A stretch of DNA of 64,000 nucleotides. Origin: Candidatus Bathyarchaeia archaeon (GTDB lineage: Archaea > Thermoproteota > Bathyarchaeia > Bathyarchaeales > Bathycorpusculaceae). Position numbers and translations under genes: made by a program. The stretch spans positions 81,826-145,825 of the forward strand of contig JBBFKZ010000003.1 of NCBI GenBank assembly GCA_037481775.1. Reading direction: 5' to 3'. Positions within the stretch are counted from its first letter, which is position 1; each line of letters opens with the position of its first letter. Positions 37,607-47,798 of the stretch are shown one piece after another. Below the pieces are notes generated by a model. That model was not told the origin of the DNA. It worked only from the letters and a program-made list of their open reading frames with translations, and did not search any database.

Positions 37607-38251
37607 TTATAACCCCTCTTTTATCTCTTTTCCTAAAATCTTCATTAAAAACTTGAAAACCATAAAGCCAGCGCCACGATCAGCCTTAAATCCAGGCGTA
37701 CTGCCAAGTAAGCATATGCCGTCTATGTTGTGTTCTTTTGCAAGAGCCAGCGTAAGCCCAGTTCCCCCCACTATTCGGCCTTTACTGTATAGTACGGCGC
37801 CTTTTTCCATGAACTCAGCAGCTAACCGTGGTGAAGTTGCGGCCACATACACTTGAGGCTTATCTTCTAGCATGGGCACTCCGCCGAGTGTTATTGCAAA
37901 ATGGCAGCCCATCTTCTCGATGAAATCTACTATTTCAGCACAAACGTGATAATGTGCCACAACATCATCAAACGAAGGCTGCATTTCTCCCGTCATAATA
38001 ACAAGATTGTTCTTCTCCATCGGCGCGAAGTAAAACTCGTATTTTGGCAATAAGCATATTCCCTTTGAACTCACAGATACATAGTCTGGAAAATAAGGTG
38101 AATAAAATTCTGCAAAGAGTTTCGCTCCGCAAAATTTTATCAAAAGATGCGCGGCTATTCTTCCGACATTGCCGAAGCCCGGGAGCCCTTGGACAAAAAC
38201 TGGATTTTCAAATGCTGGCTTGAATATTTCACGCAGGTACGGTTTATCCAT
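37607..38251 (-). CDS. Proteasome assembly chaperone (PAC2) family protein
   Basis: GLPGFGNVG, ITLGG, IVGGTG, CLLGST. Confidence 0.85.
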   Translation of the reverse strand: MDKPYLREIFKPAFENPVFVQGLPGFGNVGRIAAHLLIKFCGAKLFAEFYSPYFPDYVSVSSKGICLLPKYEFYFAPMEKNNLVIMTGEMQPSFDDVVAHYHVCAEIVDFIEKMGCHFAITLGGVPMLEDKPQVYVAATSPRLAAEFMEKGAVLYSKGRIVGGTGLTLALAKEHNIDGICLLGSTPGFKADRGAGFMVFKFLMKILGKEIKEGL

Positions 38252-38382
38252 TCACTATGCACCATTGCTAAAGAGGTATAATCGCAACTAAAATGCTTTC
38301 GCCAAAAGTAAAAAAGAAACTATTAATATTTGGCAAGTTAGTAGTTACTAAACGGATTTGAAAGAGCAGCTTGCATAAACGA

Positions 38383-38461
38383 AGCGGGGTGGGGTAGCCA
38401 GGATTAACCCGCTGGGCTCATAACCCAGAGATCAGTAGTTCAAATCTACTCCCCGCTACCA
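38383..38461 (+). tRNA. Initiator tRNA-Met (CAT)
   Basis: AGCGGGG/CCCCGCT acceptor stem (A1-U72), CTGGG-CTCATAA-CCCAG anticodon arm with three G-C pairs, TTCAAAT loop, encoded CCA. Confidence 0.95.
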
Positions 38462-38525
38462 AAATTTATGCTTACTTTGGAATATAGAACGGAAAAAGCG
38501 TTATGCCAGAAATTAATGGTTTGAG

Positions 38526-38762
38526 TTAGAGGCTTGACAGTTCGCCTGTTGTTAATCCATTTAGGTTGCCGTTTCCAAAATCAATTGTATAACCATTTAT
38601 TGTTAATTTCTCAACTTCCAAGAGAGATTGCCAAAATTCTGCCTCCAGCCGCTGCAGCTTCAGGCTTTCTTTAACTTTTTGGAGAACACAGACTTTTTTT
38701 GCGGTAGACAAAGTAAGTAAGTTAATTTTTTTAGGTTTATGGTTTTTCTTTCTTGTACTCAT
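38526..38762 (-). CDS. Hypothetical protein
   Basis: 78-aa ORF filling the gap; no recognisable motif. Confidence 0.4.
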   Translation of the reverse strand: MSTRKKNHKPKKINLLTLSTAKKVCVLQKVKESLKLQRLEAEFWQSLLEVEKLTINGYTIDFGNGNLNGLTTGELSSL

Positions 38763-38943
38763 CTGCTTTACCCGCTACGAAGATATCGCATGTATTAATA
38801 AATCCGTTCTTTCTTGCTGCAGCACATGTCAAAATTAGACATATTTCCAATTTTCAATGGAGCCAAAGAAGATTTAGGAAGATCAACGAAAAAATGATAT
38901 AAGAAAAAAGGTCGGGTATTGCTGCGATAAAATATTTCGGCTT

Positions 38944-39141
38944 TCAGGCTTTCCCTTTTTCTTCCTTGCCGAAATACGTTGTCCATTTGAGCTTGCGCGC
39001 GTCTCTTCTAAACTCTAGCGAGCTTTTTTTGCATTTGCTTGAACAGAACCATAAAATGGAGCCATCGTTTCTCACGTACATCATACCAGTGCCAGCTGGG
39101 AAATCATTACCGCAAAACGAACATTTTCGTGGTTTAGGCAT
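38944..39141 (-). CDS. rpl24e: Ribosomal protein L24e
   Basis: CSFCG...GTG.MYV..DG...FCSSKC...KLKWT. Confidence 0.95.
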   Translation of the reverse strand: MPKPRKCSFCGNDFPAGTGMMYVRNDGSILWFCSSKCKKSSLEFRRDARKLKWTTYFGKEEKGKA

Positions 39142-39177
39142 TGGCAACTCCTCTTTGACTGTCTGACCCCGCATTTT

Positions 39178-39411
39178 TTATCGGGTAATTTTCTTTGCTT
39201 CCCTTTCTGTTTCTCTCAGCATTAAGATGTCTTGAACCCGCACTGGACCCTTAACATTGCGCGTTATGATGCGCCCTTTGTCTTTTCCTTCCAAAATGCG
39301 CACTCGCACTTGAGTAATTTCTCCAGTAACTCCTGTGCGCCCTATTATTTGGATTACTTCTGAGGGAGTAAGTTCCTCTTCAGCTGCTGCTTTTTCTGCT
39401 TTGCTCATCAC
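39178..39411 (-). CDS. rps28e: Ribosomal protein S28e
   Basis: [26 protein letters not shown]. Confidence 0.95.
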   Translation of the reverse strand: MMSKAEKAAAEEELTPSEVIQIIGRTGVTGEITQVRVRILEGKDKGRIITRNVKGPVRVQDILMLRETEREAKKITR

Positions 39412-39788
39412 TGAGCTCCTCTTTTAATCTGCTCAATTCGTGTGATGATTTCTTTGATTAATCCTGTAGCTTCTCCTTCCTTTATGATGCATGCGGAAGC
39501 AGCAGGAACCTCTATGCCCACTGCATTGCCCAACTTGTCCTTATTTGGGACGAACACGAAGGGAATTTTTCTTTCTTCACAAAGGAGCGGCAAATGAGCG
39601 ACAACTTCCGGCGGGTCAACATCTTCAGCTATAACCACAAGCTTCGCTTGAGCTCGTTCAACAGCTTTGGTTGCCTCGTTTGTTCCTTTTCTGACTACGC
39701 CTGTTTTTGAAGCTATCTGCAGGGCTTCATAGGCTGCGTCTACTAACTCTTTCGGTGTTTCATATTTTACATAGAATGGTTTGGACAT
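39408..39788 (-). CDS. rpl7ae: Ribosomal protein L7Ae
   Basis: [27 protein letters not shown]. Confidence 0.97.
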   Translation of the reverse strand: MSKPFYVKYETPKELVDAAYEALQIASKTGVVRKGTNEATKAVERAQAKLVVIAEDVDPPEVVAHLPLLCEERKIPFVFVPNKDKLGNAVGIEVPAASACIIKEGEATGLIKEIITRIEQIKRGAQ

Positions 39789-40062
39789 ATAGCCTCACCC
39801 TTTTAAGGCACAGTCTATTCAACACTTCTTATTTATGAAGCTTTCTGCTAAAAAAGTAAGTATCGAGTTGAAAAGTTCAGCGCAGAAGCGGCTTTCGTAT
39901 TGTGCTGCCTTGAAAACGCCTGATAACGATGCTGGAGACAAATGAGCAAACTGATCAGCTGCCACTAATGCCACATAAACAAGCGCCTTCAGAAAAAAGG
40001 GCAGGGGATGCAGCTTTATTCTGCTTTATGAAAAAGTGGGCTGTGACTACCAGGCTTAACGG

Positions 40063-40971
40063 TTATGCTTTACGTGCTTTCTCAATTTGGCAAAGTATTT
40101 CGAATATCACTCTGGCGGCAGCAACTGCTGAAATTCCTTGATCATAAACGGGCGCGATCTCGACAACATCAAACCCGACGACGCGCTTATCGCATAATGC
40201 GCACAAGATGTCCAGCAGAGTATGTGTTTCAAGCCCTTCTGGCTCGGGATTTTGCACCGCAGGCGCGAAAGCAGGATCAAGAACATCCATGTCAACCGTC
40301 AAGTAAATGCGCTTATACGGTGAAAGCGTGTCTTTAAGATGACTTATGATTTGCGCTGCGCCCTCCTTCCGCACTTGGTGCGACGTGTAAAACTTTATTC
40401 CCGCTTTTTCAGCATAATCTAACTCATCTCGGCAAACAGCTCTTGTGCCCACTTCAACAATCTTCGCTGGCTTCGCTTCCTCGTTTATCAGCTGCATGAA
40501 AGTTGTATGCGAAAGCGTTAAACCCATAAACTCTCGGCGCAAATCCAAGTGTGCATCAAAGCTCACCACAGCAGTTTCTTTAGCTTTGCCACCGAAGCCC
40601 TTCATAATGCCCAAGGTTATTGTGTGCTCGCCGCCAATCGCTATGGGAATTTTGCCAGCCGCCAAAATATCATCAACCACCAGCCGCAAAGTATCCACAG
40701 TCTTCTCTGGACTCGTAGAAACATGCAAGTCGCCCACGTCATGCAAAGGCAAATCCTCAACATCCACGCCAGTGCGAAAGCTGTAGGTTTCAATATTCAA
40801 AGACGCCTGGCGAATGGCGGTGGGACCAAAACGCGCGCCAGTACGGTACGTGCTTGTAACATCAAAAGGAACGCCGAAAACCACATACCTCGCCTTTTCA
40901 AACGGCTTCTGAAAACCGCTGAAAACGTTTGATTGCGAAACGAACAGTTCCCAATTACTCATTAGGCTCAT
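40063..40971 (-). CDS. speB: Agmatinase
   Basis: GGEH, DAHLD, DMDVLDP. Confidence 0.9.
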   Translation of the reverse strand: MSLMSNWELFVSQSNVFSGFQKPFEKARYVVFGVPFDVTSTYRTGARFGPTAIRQASLNIETYSFRTGVDVEDLPLHDVGDLHVSTSPEKTVDTLRLVVDDILAAGKIPIAIGGEHTITLGIMKGFGGKAKETAVVSFDAHLDLRREFMGLTLSHTTFMQLINEEAKPAKIVEVGTRAVCRDELDYAEKAGIKFYTSHQVRKEGAAQIISHLKDTLSPYKRIYLTVDMDVLDPAFAPAVQNPEPEGLETHTLLDILCALCDKRVVGFDVVEIAPVYDQGISAVAAARVIFEILCQIEKARKA

Positions 40972-41204
40972 CCGCCAAACTGCTTACTGTGAGGGTTGCT
41001 CTAAACTTTTTCGCCCCTTATCTCAGTGTTGCCACGCACGATTTCCAATAAAAATCTCGCGGGGCTCCAGATTTATGTAAAATAGCGTCTCGGCGTACGT
41101 TGAACTCGCCAATTTTATGCGGCACATCTATTGCCGTGATGCTTCAAGTTTGATTACGCTTATTCGGCGTTGCGCTTGTAGATACTCTTTTAAATTGTCA
41201 TTAC

Positions 41205-42587
41205 GTGTTGATTTTGGGTCTAAGCGTGTTTGTTAGGCTGTCCTATGCTAGGGGTACCATCCTAATCGAGGGCGATGTTTCCACGCCTTTCGGTCAGTGG
41301 GATCCGCGTGTTCGCGCCTACAGGGCGCCAGCATGCCACTACAGCGACATACTACGCTACTTAAGAAGTAGCCGCGTAAGCTTTGAGGATCATGTTTTGA
41401 AGCCGCCGCCAGCGCCTGCTACAGTAAATGGGCACGTGGCGCTTTACCCTTACCAGCAGGAAGCTTTCCAGCGCTGGATTGAAAACGGCGGCCGTGGCAT
41501 AATATGCATAGCGACGGCAGGCGGCAAAACCTTCATCGGCCTCAAAGCCGTCGAAAACCTGAGGCAGGCCACGCTTGTTCTGGTGCCAACCCTCGCGCTG
41601 GTTGACCAGTGGACGCAGCGTTTCAAAGAGGCGCTCGGCGTTGACGCTGGAGTCTACGGCGGCGGCAAACGTGAATTAAGCTGGGTCACCGTGAGCACTT
41701 ATGATTCCGCCTACATCCACGCAGAAGAGTTAGGCGACAAATTTGGACTGCTCATCGCTGATGAGGTACATCACCTGTTCGCACCAGGCTATAGCCAAGC
41801 GGCTGAGATGCTCGTTGCTCCCTACAGGCTTGGGTTAACCAGCACGCTGCATCGTGCGGACATGCGGCATCTGGACGCGCCAAGGCTTATTGGCGCCGTG
41901 GTCTACGAGGCAGGCCACGAGGAGCTTGCAGGCGAGTACATCGCGCCATACAAGCATGAGAAAGTTTTTGTGGAGTTGGCACCGCAGGAGAAGGAGGAGT
42001 ATGATCGGCACTGGAGGGTGTACACGGCTTATCTGGCGACGCGAGGCTTGGAAATGAAGAGCGAACTGGATTTTCAAAGGCTCATTAAGCTTTCAGCCTT
42101 CGATCCAAAGGCGCGGGAAGCCGTTTTAGCCCGTAACAAAGCGTTGAAGATCGCTTTGAATTCGGAGGCGAAGATGCGGTTCCTCGCAGAGCAGCTGCAG
42201 GTGTCAAGCGAGAAAACGCTTATTTTCACGCAGTTTAACAGCCTCGTTTATGCCATTAGCCGGCGGTTCCTGATTCCTGCGATAACGCATAAGACGTCGG
42301 AAGCAGAAAGGCGGCTTATACTATCTCGCTTTAAAAGCGGCGAGTACACAGCCATCGTTACCAGCCAAGTGCTTGACGAAGGCTTAGATGTGCCTGACGC
42401 AAGCCGCGGCATTGTGCTCAGCGGAACTGGCAGCCAACGACAGCACATCCAGCGCTTGGGTCGGCTATTGCGGAAGCACGACGGTAAGGTAGCTGTGCTT
42501 TATGAGGTTATATCGAAGGAGACAAAGGAGATGGAGCTTGCAAGACGCAGAAGGAGGAAGCATGCTGACAGCTTGGCCGAAGAGTAA
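41205..42587 (+). CDS. xpb: XPB/Rad25-like SF2 helicase
   Basis: ATAGGKT, DEVHH, DEGLDVP, QRLGRLLR. Confidence 0.9.
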   Translation: MLILGLSVFVRLSYARGTILIEGDVSTPFGQWDPRVRAYRAPACHYSDILRYLRSSRVSFEDHVLKPPPAPATVNGHVALYPYQQEAFQRWIENGGRGIICIATAGGKTFIGLKAVENLRQATLVLVPTLALVDQWTQRFKEALGVDAGVYGGGKRELSWVTVSTYDSAYIHAEELGDKFGLLIADEVHHLFAPGYSQAAEMLVAPYRLGLTSTLHRADMRHLDAPRLIGAVVYEAGHEELAGEYIAPYKHEKVFVELAPQEKEEYDRHWRVYTAYLATRGLEMKSELDFQRLIKLSAFDPKAREAVLARNKALKIALNSEAKMRFLAEQLQVSSEKTLIFTQFNSLVYAISRRFLIPAITHKTSEAERRLILSRFKSGEYTAIVTSQVLDEGLDVPDASRGIVLSGTGSQRQHIQRLGRLLRKHDGKVAVLYEVISKETKEMELARRRRRKHADSLAEE

Positions 42588-42620
42588 GCCGCACGCATAT
42601 GCCCGTGGTGGTGACATGGT

Positions 42621-44159
42621 GTGCTACCTTCTGAACTGTTAAGGGCCAGCTACTGGCGCGGGAACATCAGACCGAAGTACTCAGGCTTCAGCGCTGCGGA
42701 CTTGCAAGCAGCGAAGGCGGTTATAAGAGCATACGCGGAGAATGTAGGGCGAAAACGCGCTTGGATTCGCGAGCGCATACTAGAGCTTGAGGACCTTTAC
42801 GGCTTCAAGTTTGTGCGGGGCCTAGCGTTGCTTGTAGAGCGCAAATGCGTTTTCGCCTCCCAGGCCCGGATTAACCCCGTGGAAGCGCGGCATGCTGTTT
42901 TCGCTGAAGCAGCGAAAAACGGTTTACCCGCGACTTGGATGGCGCGAAGGCGCATGCTTGAGGCGGCTGCGGAAAGGCTTGGGGTTTCGGCTGAGCAGCT
43001 TGATGAATGGTTGTATGCCGATCTAGACGCAGAGGCTACGCTGGAGCTTGCGGCTGAAGTTAAGCCTCTGGAGCTGTTGAAGTTATACAATCTGAGCTTG
43101 ACGCAGACACTTCTTTTCATGGCAACTGAGCTGTCGTTTAATGCGGCAGGGAACTGGCAGCGGATCTTCCGCGCCGTAAAGCACTACGGACTGATGTACT
43201 CGGTTACGCGGCAGCATAGCCACTTCAGCGTGAAGGTTGAAGGCCCCACTTCCCTTTTCAAGTTGACACGGAGATACGGCACATGCCTAGCTAAGGTTCT
43301 GCCCGAGATCATGCACGCCCCAGCATGGAGCATAGAAGCGAAGATACTGCGTAACAATCGCCTATTCGCCTTCAGCTTGGACAACGGCAAACATGGCTGG
43401 CTCTTCCCCGCAGCCGTTTCAAGCGAAGGCTTTGACAGCAAAGTCGAAGAAGAGTTCGCAGCCAAATTCAGAAGCCTAGGCTCGGCTTGGACTGTGCAGC
43501 GCGAGCCCGAGCCGCTTCAAGCCGGCGTCTCGGTGCTAATTCCAGATTTCGTATTCACGCTTGGCAGCGCACGCGTGTATATGGAGATTGTCGGCTTCTG
43601 GACACGCGAGTATCTCAGGCGCAAGCTCGAAAAGCTTGCTGAGGTAAGGGATACACATTTGATTGTTGCTATAGACGAGGTGCTTGCATGTGACAAGCTT
43701 ACCGAATTAAAATCCACTAACCCACACTTGCACTTAATCCGCTACAAGGGTAGTATCCCGCTGCGCGCGGTTCTGCAAGTATTAGCGGGCTATGCCGAAG
43801 AAACGGTGCAAACGCAAGCAGCTCAATTAAAACTTGAGCTGACAAAGCATATTGTGCCGCTTAAGGAACTGGCAGCAGAACACGGCGTGACTATTGAAGC
43901 CGCGCGCCGGGCTGCATCCTCCGTGGACACGCATGTGCTGATAGGCGAAGCGTTAGTGGCGAAGACACTTATGGAGACGGCGAAGCAGCAGCTCCAAAGT
44001 ATCGTGAAAGACGAAACGCCGCTGCCCACAGTGCTAAAGCTTTTACAGCCCTATCAGTTTCCAGAACCATTAGCGATCATAGCGCATTGCGGGTTCCAGG
44101 TTATGTGGCGCGGCCTAATGCCCGCAGATGCAACTGTAACCCGCAGCTCCCGCGCATAG
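42621..44159 (+). CDS. bax1: Bax1 (DUF790) endonuclease
   Basis: MLPSELL, YNLSLTQT, GPTSLF...RYG, FDSKVE, IPDF, EIVGFWT. Confidence 0.9.
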   Translation: MLPSELLRASYWRGNIRPKYSGFSAADLQAAKAVIRAYAENVGRKRAWIRERILELEDLYGFKFVRGLALLVERKCVFASQARINPVEARHAVFAEAAKNGLPATWMARRRMLEAAAERLGVSAEQLDEWLYADLDAEATLELAAEVKPLELLKLYNLSLTQTLLFMATELSFNAAGNWQRIFRAVKHYGLMYSVTRQHSHFSVKVEGPTSLFKLTRRYGTCLAKVLPEIMHAPAWSIEAKILRNNRLFAFSLDNGKHGWLFPAAVSSEGFDSKVEEEFAAKFRSLGSAWTVQREPEPLQAGVSVLIPDFVFTLGSARVYMEIVGFWTREYLRRKLEKLAEVRDTHLIVAIDEVLACDKLTELKSTNPHLHLIRYKGSIPLRAVLQVLAGYAEETVQTQAAQLKLELTKHIVPLKELAAEHGVTIEAARRAASSVDTHVLIGEALVAKTLMETAKQQLQSIVKDETPLPTVLKLLQPYQFPEPLAIIAHCGFQVMWRGLMPADATVTRSSRA

Positions 44160-44318
44160 ATTTGACTTCGACATTTCCTAACTGCTTATTCAACAAAAAG
44201 CAATATAATATTCATTTTTTGGAAAATGTTCATTACTGAACCATATTATTTTTAAGGATTGAACCTACAATATAATTAAATATTCGGTTCAAAATTAAAT
44301 AAGCCGCGGGTTTCAAAC

Positions 44319-46007
44319 ATGCTTGCTTACGAGCTCTTTCTGAAAAATAAAGATTGGAACGAAGAATTTGTTAACCCCACAAATGTCAAAAAAGTTTACG
44401 TTAAAGCTACCGCCCCTGCATCATCCATTACCATTAATTTCGACGATAAAACACTACAAGAATACGGAGATAACAAAGATTCTAAAGAATTACTAAAGAA
44501 CCTGCTTCAAATGCCAAGAAACACGCTAAAAGCTGTGGGCTTGCCCTTTAGAGGGACAGGTGCTAACTCCCCACGTGCCTACGTTGAATTTTACGGAGTT
44601 CTCAAGAAAAATACTCTCGCAATTTCCGTTAGCGGTAGACATGGAACTGGCAAGATTGTTTGGAAATTCACCTTCGACTTCGAAAAAGAATCTGAAAACT
44701 ACAGCGTTGATTCAGACCTAATAAAACTACGTTTAGACAAAGAAAACTACTTTGTTCAGAACAATGCCCTTTTCGACTGTTATATTCAAGATGGAATAAT
44801 AAACAAAAATTGTGAGCTCCAAAAAAGAATTTTTCTTGAAGTGTGCCGCAAATTTGTTAGTCTATGCAAGACTAAAAATCTCAAAGATAAACTTGCCGAC
44901 TACAAAGGAAACGAACGTTTCCGATTGGTAATTTTGCCATACTCGGCAATGATCACTCCTTTCGTTGAGTATCACGAGACAACAGAAAATGATCCAACAA
45001 ATAACTTCATAGATGCTTTTGGAATGACTTCCTCCGCATATCCGTCTAAGAGCACACAAACAGCAAAATTTCTCTCCTATGATGATCCAGCTTTTTCAAT
45101 AAATTGTACACGCAATCAAGAGTTTTATATGAATCTGGGCATAGGGTGTGCTTCATTTGAAAAAATAAATATGCCTCCAGAGGGTGCAATTGAAATTTCA
45201 GGTTTAAGCTGGTACTTTTTCGACATTAACGATCCAACATCGACACTTGAGAAAAAAGCAAGCGGCTTCTACGATAATCTGCTGAGCGGGTTCAATTCAT
45301 TACAGAAGAATTATGCATCAACACAGACTATTGCAATGCTAAAAATACTATGCGTTAAGAAAAGTCAAGCCAAACTTGAAGTCTTGATTGATGAAAACCT
45401 AACTTTCACGCAACTTAAAAAGATACTCAGCCGCGGCGATTTTATATATTGCCCAATGGTTTTTGAGTCATTAATCAAAAAGAAAAATCAGGAAGTAATA
45501 TGGAGCGATTATGTTAATGCTATACGCTTTTACATTAAAGGTTTATTTTTTGAGCGCAACATGCTTGTTAAACGTATTGTTCAAGAGATTCGTGAAAATC
45601 TATTTGATTGGCTTCACGAACCCAAACTCAGAGATTCTTCCTTATTTTCAAAGTCAAGTTTTCTCCTTAAAATATTAACTAAAGAAGGTGAGAAAATGGA
45701 CCTGAATGAGGAATACGCCTATAAAATAGGAAAAATAGCTGGAAAATACGTAAACCTAAAGAAAGCCGCAGGCGAAGCAGGCAGTTCAATCAATGAGATC
45801 TTAACCTATACAAAGTATGACCGCGAAAGACTACGGCATGCCTATAAACGTGTATGCTTGGGCGCTGCCCTAATTAAAGACATGGAAAAGGCAGACGAAT
45901 TAAATCAGTTCATCAAAGCTAACACGCCGCCCACAGAAATTGATGACACAAAAGCCGGCGAAGACTATTCCTACTGGTTCTACAAGGGTGTCTTTGAAAC
46001 ACTTTAA
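44319..46007 (+). CDS. cas8b: Type I-B Cascade large subunit, divergent
   Basis: Position before cas7; C-terminal AYKIG...FYKG helical bundle; weak overall resemblance. Confidence 0.65.
   Translation: MLAYELFLKNKDWNEEFVNPTNVKKVYVKATAPASSITINFDDKTLQEYGDNKDSKELLKNLLQMPRNTLKAVGLPFRGTGANSPRAYVEFYGVLKKNTLAISVSGRHGTGKIVWKFTFDFEKESENYSVDSDLIKLRLDKENYFVQNNALFDCYIQDGIINKNCELQKRIFLEVCRKFVSLCKTKNLKDKLADYKGNERFRLVILPYSAMITPFVEYHETTENDPTNNFIDAFGMTSSAYPSKSTQTAKFLSYDDPAFSINCTRNQEFYMNLGIGCASFEKINMPPEGAIEISGLSWYFFDINDPTSTLEKKASGFYDNLLSGFNSLQKNYASTQTIAMLKILCVKKSQAKLEVLIDENLTFTQLKKILSRGDFIYCPMVFESLIKKKNQEVIWSDYVNAIRFYIKGLFFERNMLVKRIVQEIRENLFDWLHEPKLRDSSLFSKSSFLLKILTKEGEKMDLNEEYAYKIGKIAGKYVNLKKAAGEAGSSINEILTYTKYDRERLRHAYKRVCLGAALIKDMEKADELNQFIKANTPPTEIDDTKAGEDYSYWFYKGVFETL
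45696..46007 (+). CDS. cas11: Predicted internally translated Cas11 small subunit
   Basis: In-frame ATG 45696 preceded by GAAGGTGA; 103 aa, helical. Confidence 0.5.
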   Translation: MDLNEEYAYKIGKIAGKYVNLKKAAGEAGSSINEILTYTKYDRERLRHAYKRVCLGAALIKDMEKADELNQFIKANTPPTEIDDTKAGEDYSYWFYKGVFETL

Positions 46008-46020
46008 GGGAGGTGAAAGC

Positions 46021-46998
46021 GTGGAGTTAAAAGACATTCGAAAAGAACTATTATTCTATTATGAGTCGCGCGCCAACCCTAACGGCGATCCTGGCTTTGA
46101 AAACCAGCCTCGACTAATGCCTGATGGTACAATAATAGTAACCGACGTGAGAATAAAAAGAACCATACGCGATTACGCAGCGGCACACTTGGGCTATAAA
46201 ATATTTGTTGACTACGACGAAAACGGCAACCCAACAACTGCCGACGATCGCGCAAAAGAGTTAATCGGCAACCTAAAAGGTGATGTGATAAAAGAACTTT
46301 TACTCAAAACTTTCGATGTTCCTCTCTTCGGCGCACTAGTAACAATTCGATCAGAAAATACCGGCGAAGGCGGTTCGCATAAGCTTACCGGTCCTGTACA
46401 ATTCTCTTTAGGCAGAAGCGTAAACAAAGTTGACATAATTAACCCGATGATTTCATCGAAATTTGTAGGAAAAGAAAAAAAGCCTAAAAAAGAAGGAGAA
46501 GAAATACAGCAATCTGGCACCTTCGGCAAATTTTACGCTGTAGACTACGCATTAATAAAGACCCAAGCGACCATCAACCCAATGAACCTTGGCAAGTACA
46601 TTGAGAATAGCGATGTTGTGAAACGCTTTATGGAGCTGGAATCAACGCTTGCCAGCTGCCTATGGGATGGAACAAACGCTCTGGTGACACGATCCAAATA
46701 TCCACAACGCAGCGTCTTTTTGATAGAAGTTACCTACAATAACGCAATATATAACGACTTAAGCACACTAGTAGAAGAAGACGCCGAAATGAAAGGAAAA
46801 ACATGTGGCCTCACGGCGAAACCACTAAAGTTCAATAAACTAATAGCAGCGTTACACGAGCGCAAACAAAAGGTTACTAAGGTCAGAGTAGCCTCATGTA
46901 AAGAACTATTCAGTGACACACAGCACCTAAGCGAAGACATAAAAGCATGTGGGATACCGGTGGAATGGGCAGACGTAAAGGCGACTGACACTGCGTGA
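46021..46998 (+). CDS. cas7: Cas7 (Csh2/Csd2 family)
   Basis: ANPNGDP..NQPR, VTDVRIKRTIRDY, DVPLFG, TGPVQF; GTG start after GGAGGTGA. Confidence 0.92.
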   Translation: MELKDIRKELLFYYESRANPNGDPGFENQPRLMPDGTIIVTDVRIKRTIRDYAAAHLGYKIFVDYDENGNPTTADDRAKELIGNLKGDVIKELLLKTFDVPLFGALVTIRSENTGEGGSHKLTGPVQFSLGRSVNKVDIINPMISSKFVGKEKKPKKEGEEIQQSGTFGKFYAVDYALIKTQATINPMNLGKYIENSDVVKRFMELESTLASCLWDGTNALVTRSKYPQRSVFLIEVTYNNAIYNDLSTLVEEDAEMKGKTCGLTAKPLKFNKLIAALHERKQKVTKVRVASCKELFSDTQHLSEDIKACGIPVEWADVKATDTA

Positions 46999-47020
46999 TC
47001 AGAAATAGAGGAAGCTACAA

Positions 47021-47782
47021 ATGCAATTAATTTCTTTTGCTGTTGAAGGAGACTTCGCCGCTTTTCGTGACCCTTCAGTAACAACAAACCAGACCGTTAG
47101 TTTGATTCCGCCAAAAAGTGCCGTAATCGGCATAATCGCCGCCATAATTGGTGTGCGCAGATCGCATTCTATACATGCAAATTTGTATTCTCCAGAATAC
47201 TTAAAACTCCTCGGTGAAACCCACGTAGGCATTAAACTCGCACGTATTCCCAGCAAAATAACATTTCACACAAATCATCGATCGCTAAAAGAGCCCAAAA
47301 CTAAACCCTTCAAGACTGAATTAATGGTATCGCCAAGTTATATTTTCTATGTGGCTTCCTCTGATGAAGTAAAAACCCTCCTTTTAACGAGACTTAAAGA
47401 ATATAATTTTGTTTTTTCACCAACACTCGGTCACGCATACTGCCCAGCAAGAATCTCTGATGTCAAAATTTTTGAGGTTTCAGAAGTTGAGCCAGAAAAC
47501 GTCCAAGTTTCCACAGTTATTTTAGACGAGGTAATGGAAGTTAATACTGTAAACTCTGGGGTCTTAATGGAATTGGATGTCGGTCAAGAAGTAGTGGTGG
47601 AACGCTTACTTTATCATTACATCAAAAAGCACAACCTCGAGCGCATAGTTTTACGCCATTTTATTCCCATACCAACAGAAAAAGGCGAATCCTCAATTAA
47701 GATTGAAAGAGTCGAAAGGCCTCTATCAGTTTCAAGATATTTTGCCGTCAAAGGTTCTGACGAAACGCTGTGTCTCTATTAG
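47021..47782 (+). CDS. cas5: Cas5
   Basis: GDFAAFR, PPKSAVIGIIAAIIG, PTLG. Confidence 0.9.
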   Translation: MQLISFAVEGDFAAFRDPSVTTNQTVSLIPPKSAVIGIIAAIIGVRRSHSIHANLYSPEYLKLLGETHVGIKLARIPSKITFHTNHRSLKEPKTKPFKTELMVSPSYIFYVASSDEVKTLLLTRLKEYNFVFSPTLGHAYCPARISDVKIFEVSEVEPENVQVSTVILDEVMEVNTVNSGVLMELDVGQEVVVERLLYHYIKKHNLERIVLRHFIPIPTEKGESSIKIERVERPLSVSRYFAVKGSDETLCLY

Positions 47783-47798
47783 TGGCGGGCACATTTAA

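Noticed and set aside
38383-38461. tRNA-iMet as an integration site
   Set aside because: No duplicate of its 3' end seen in the window and no adjacent integrase.
45940-46020. N-terminal extension of Cas7 (similar extensions on cobS, moeA and the ABC ATPase)
   Set aside because: Downstream starts with SD sequences or stop-start overlaps fit better.
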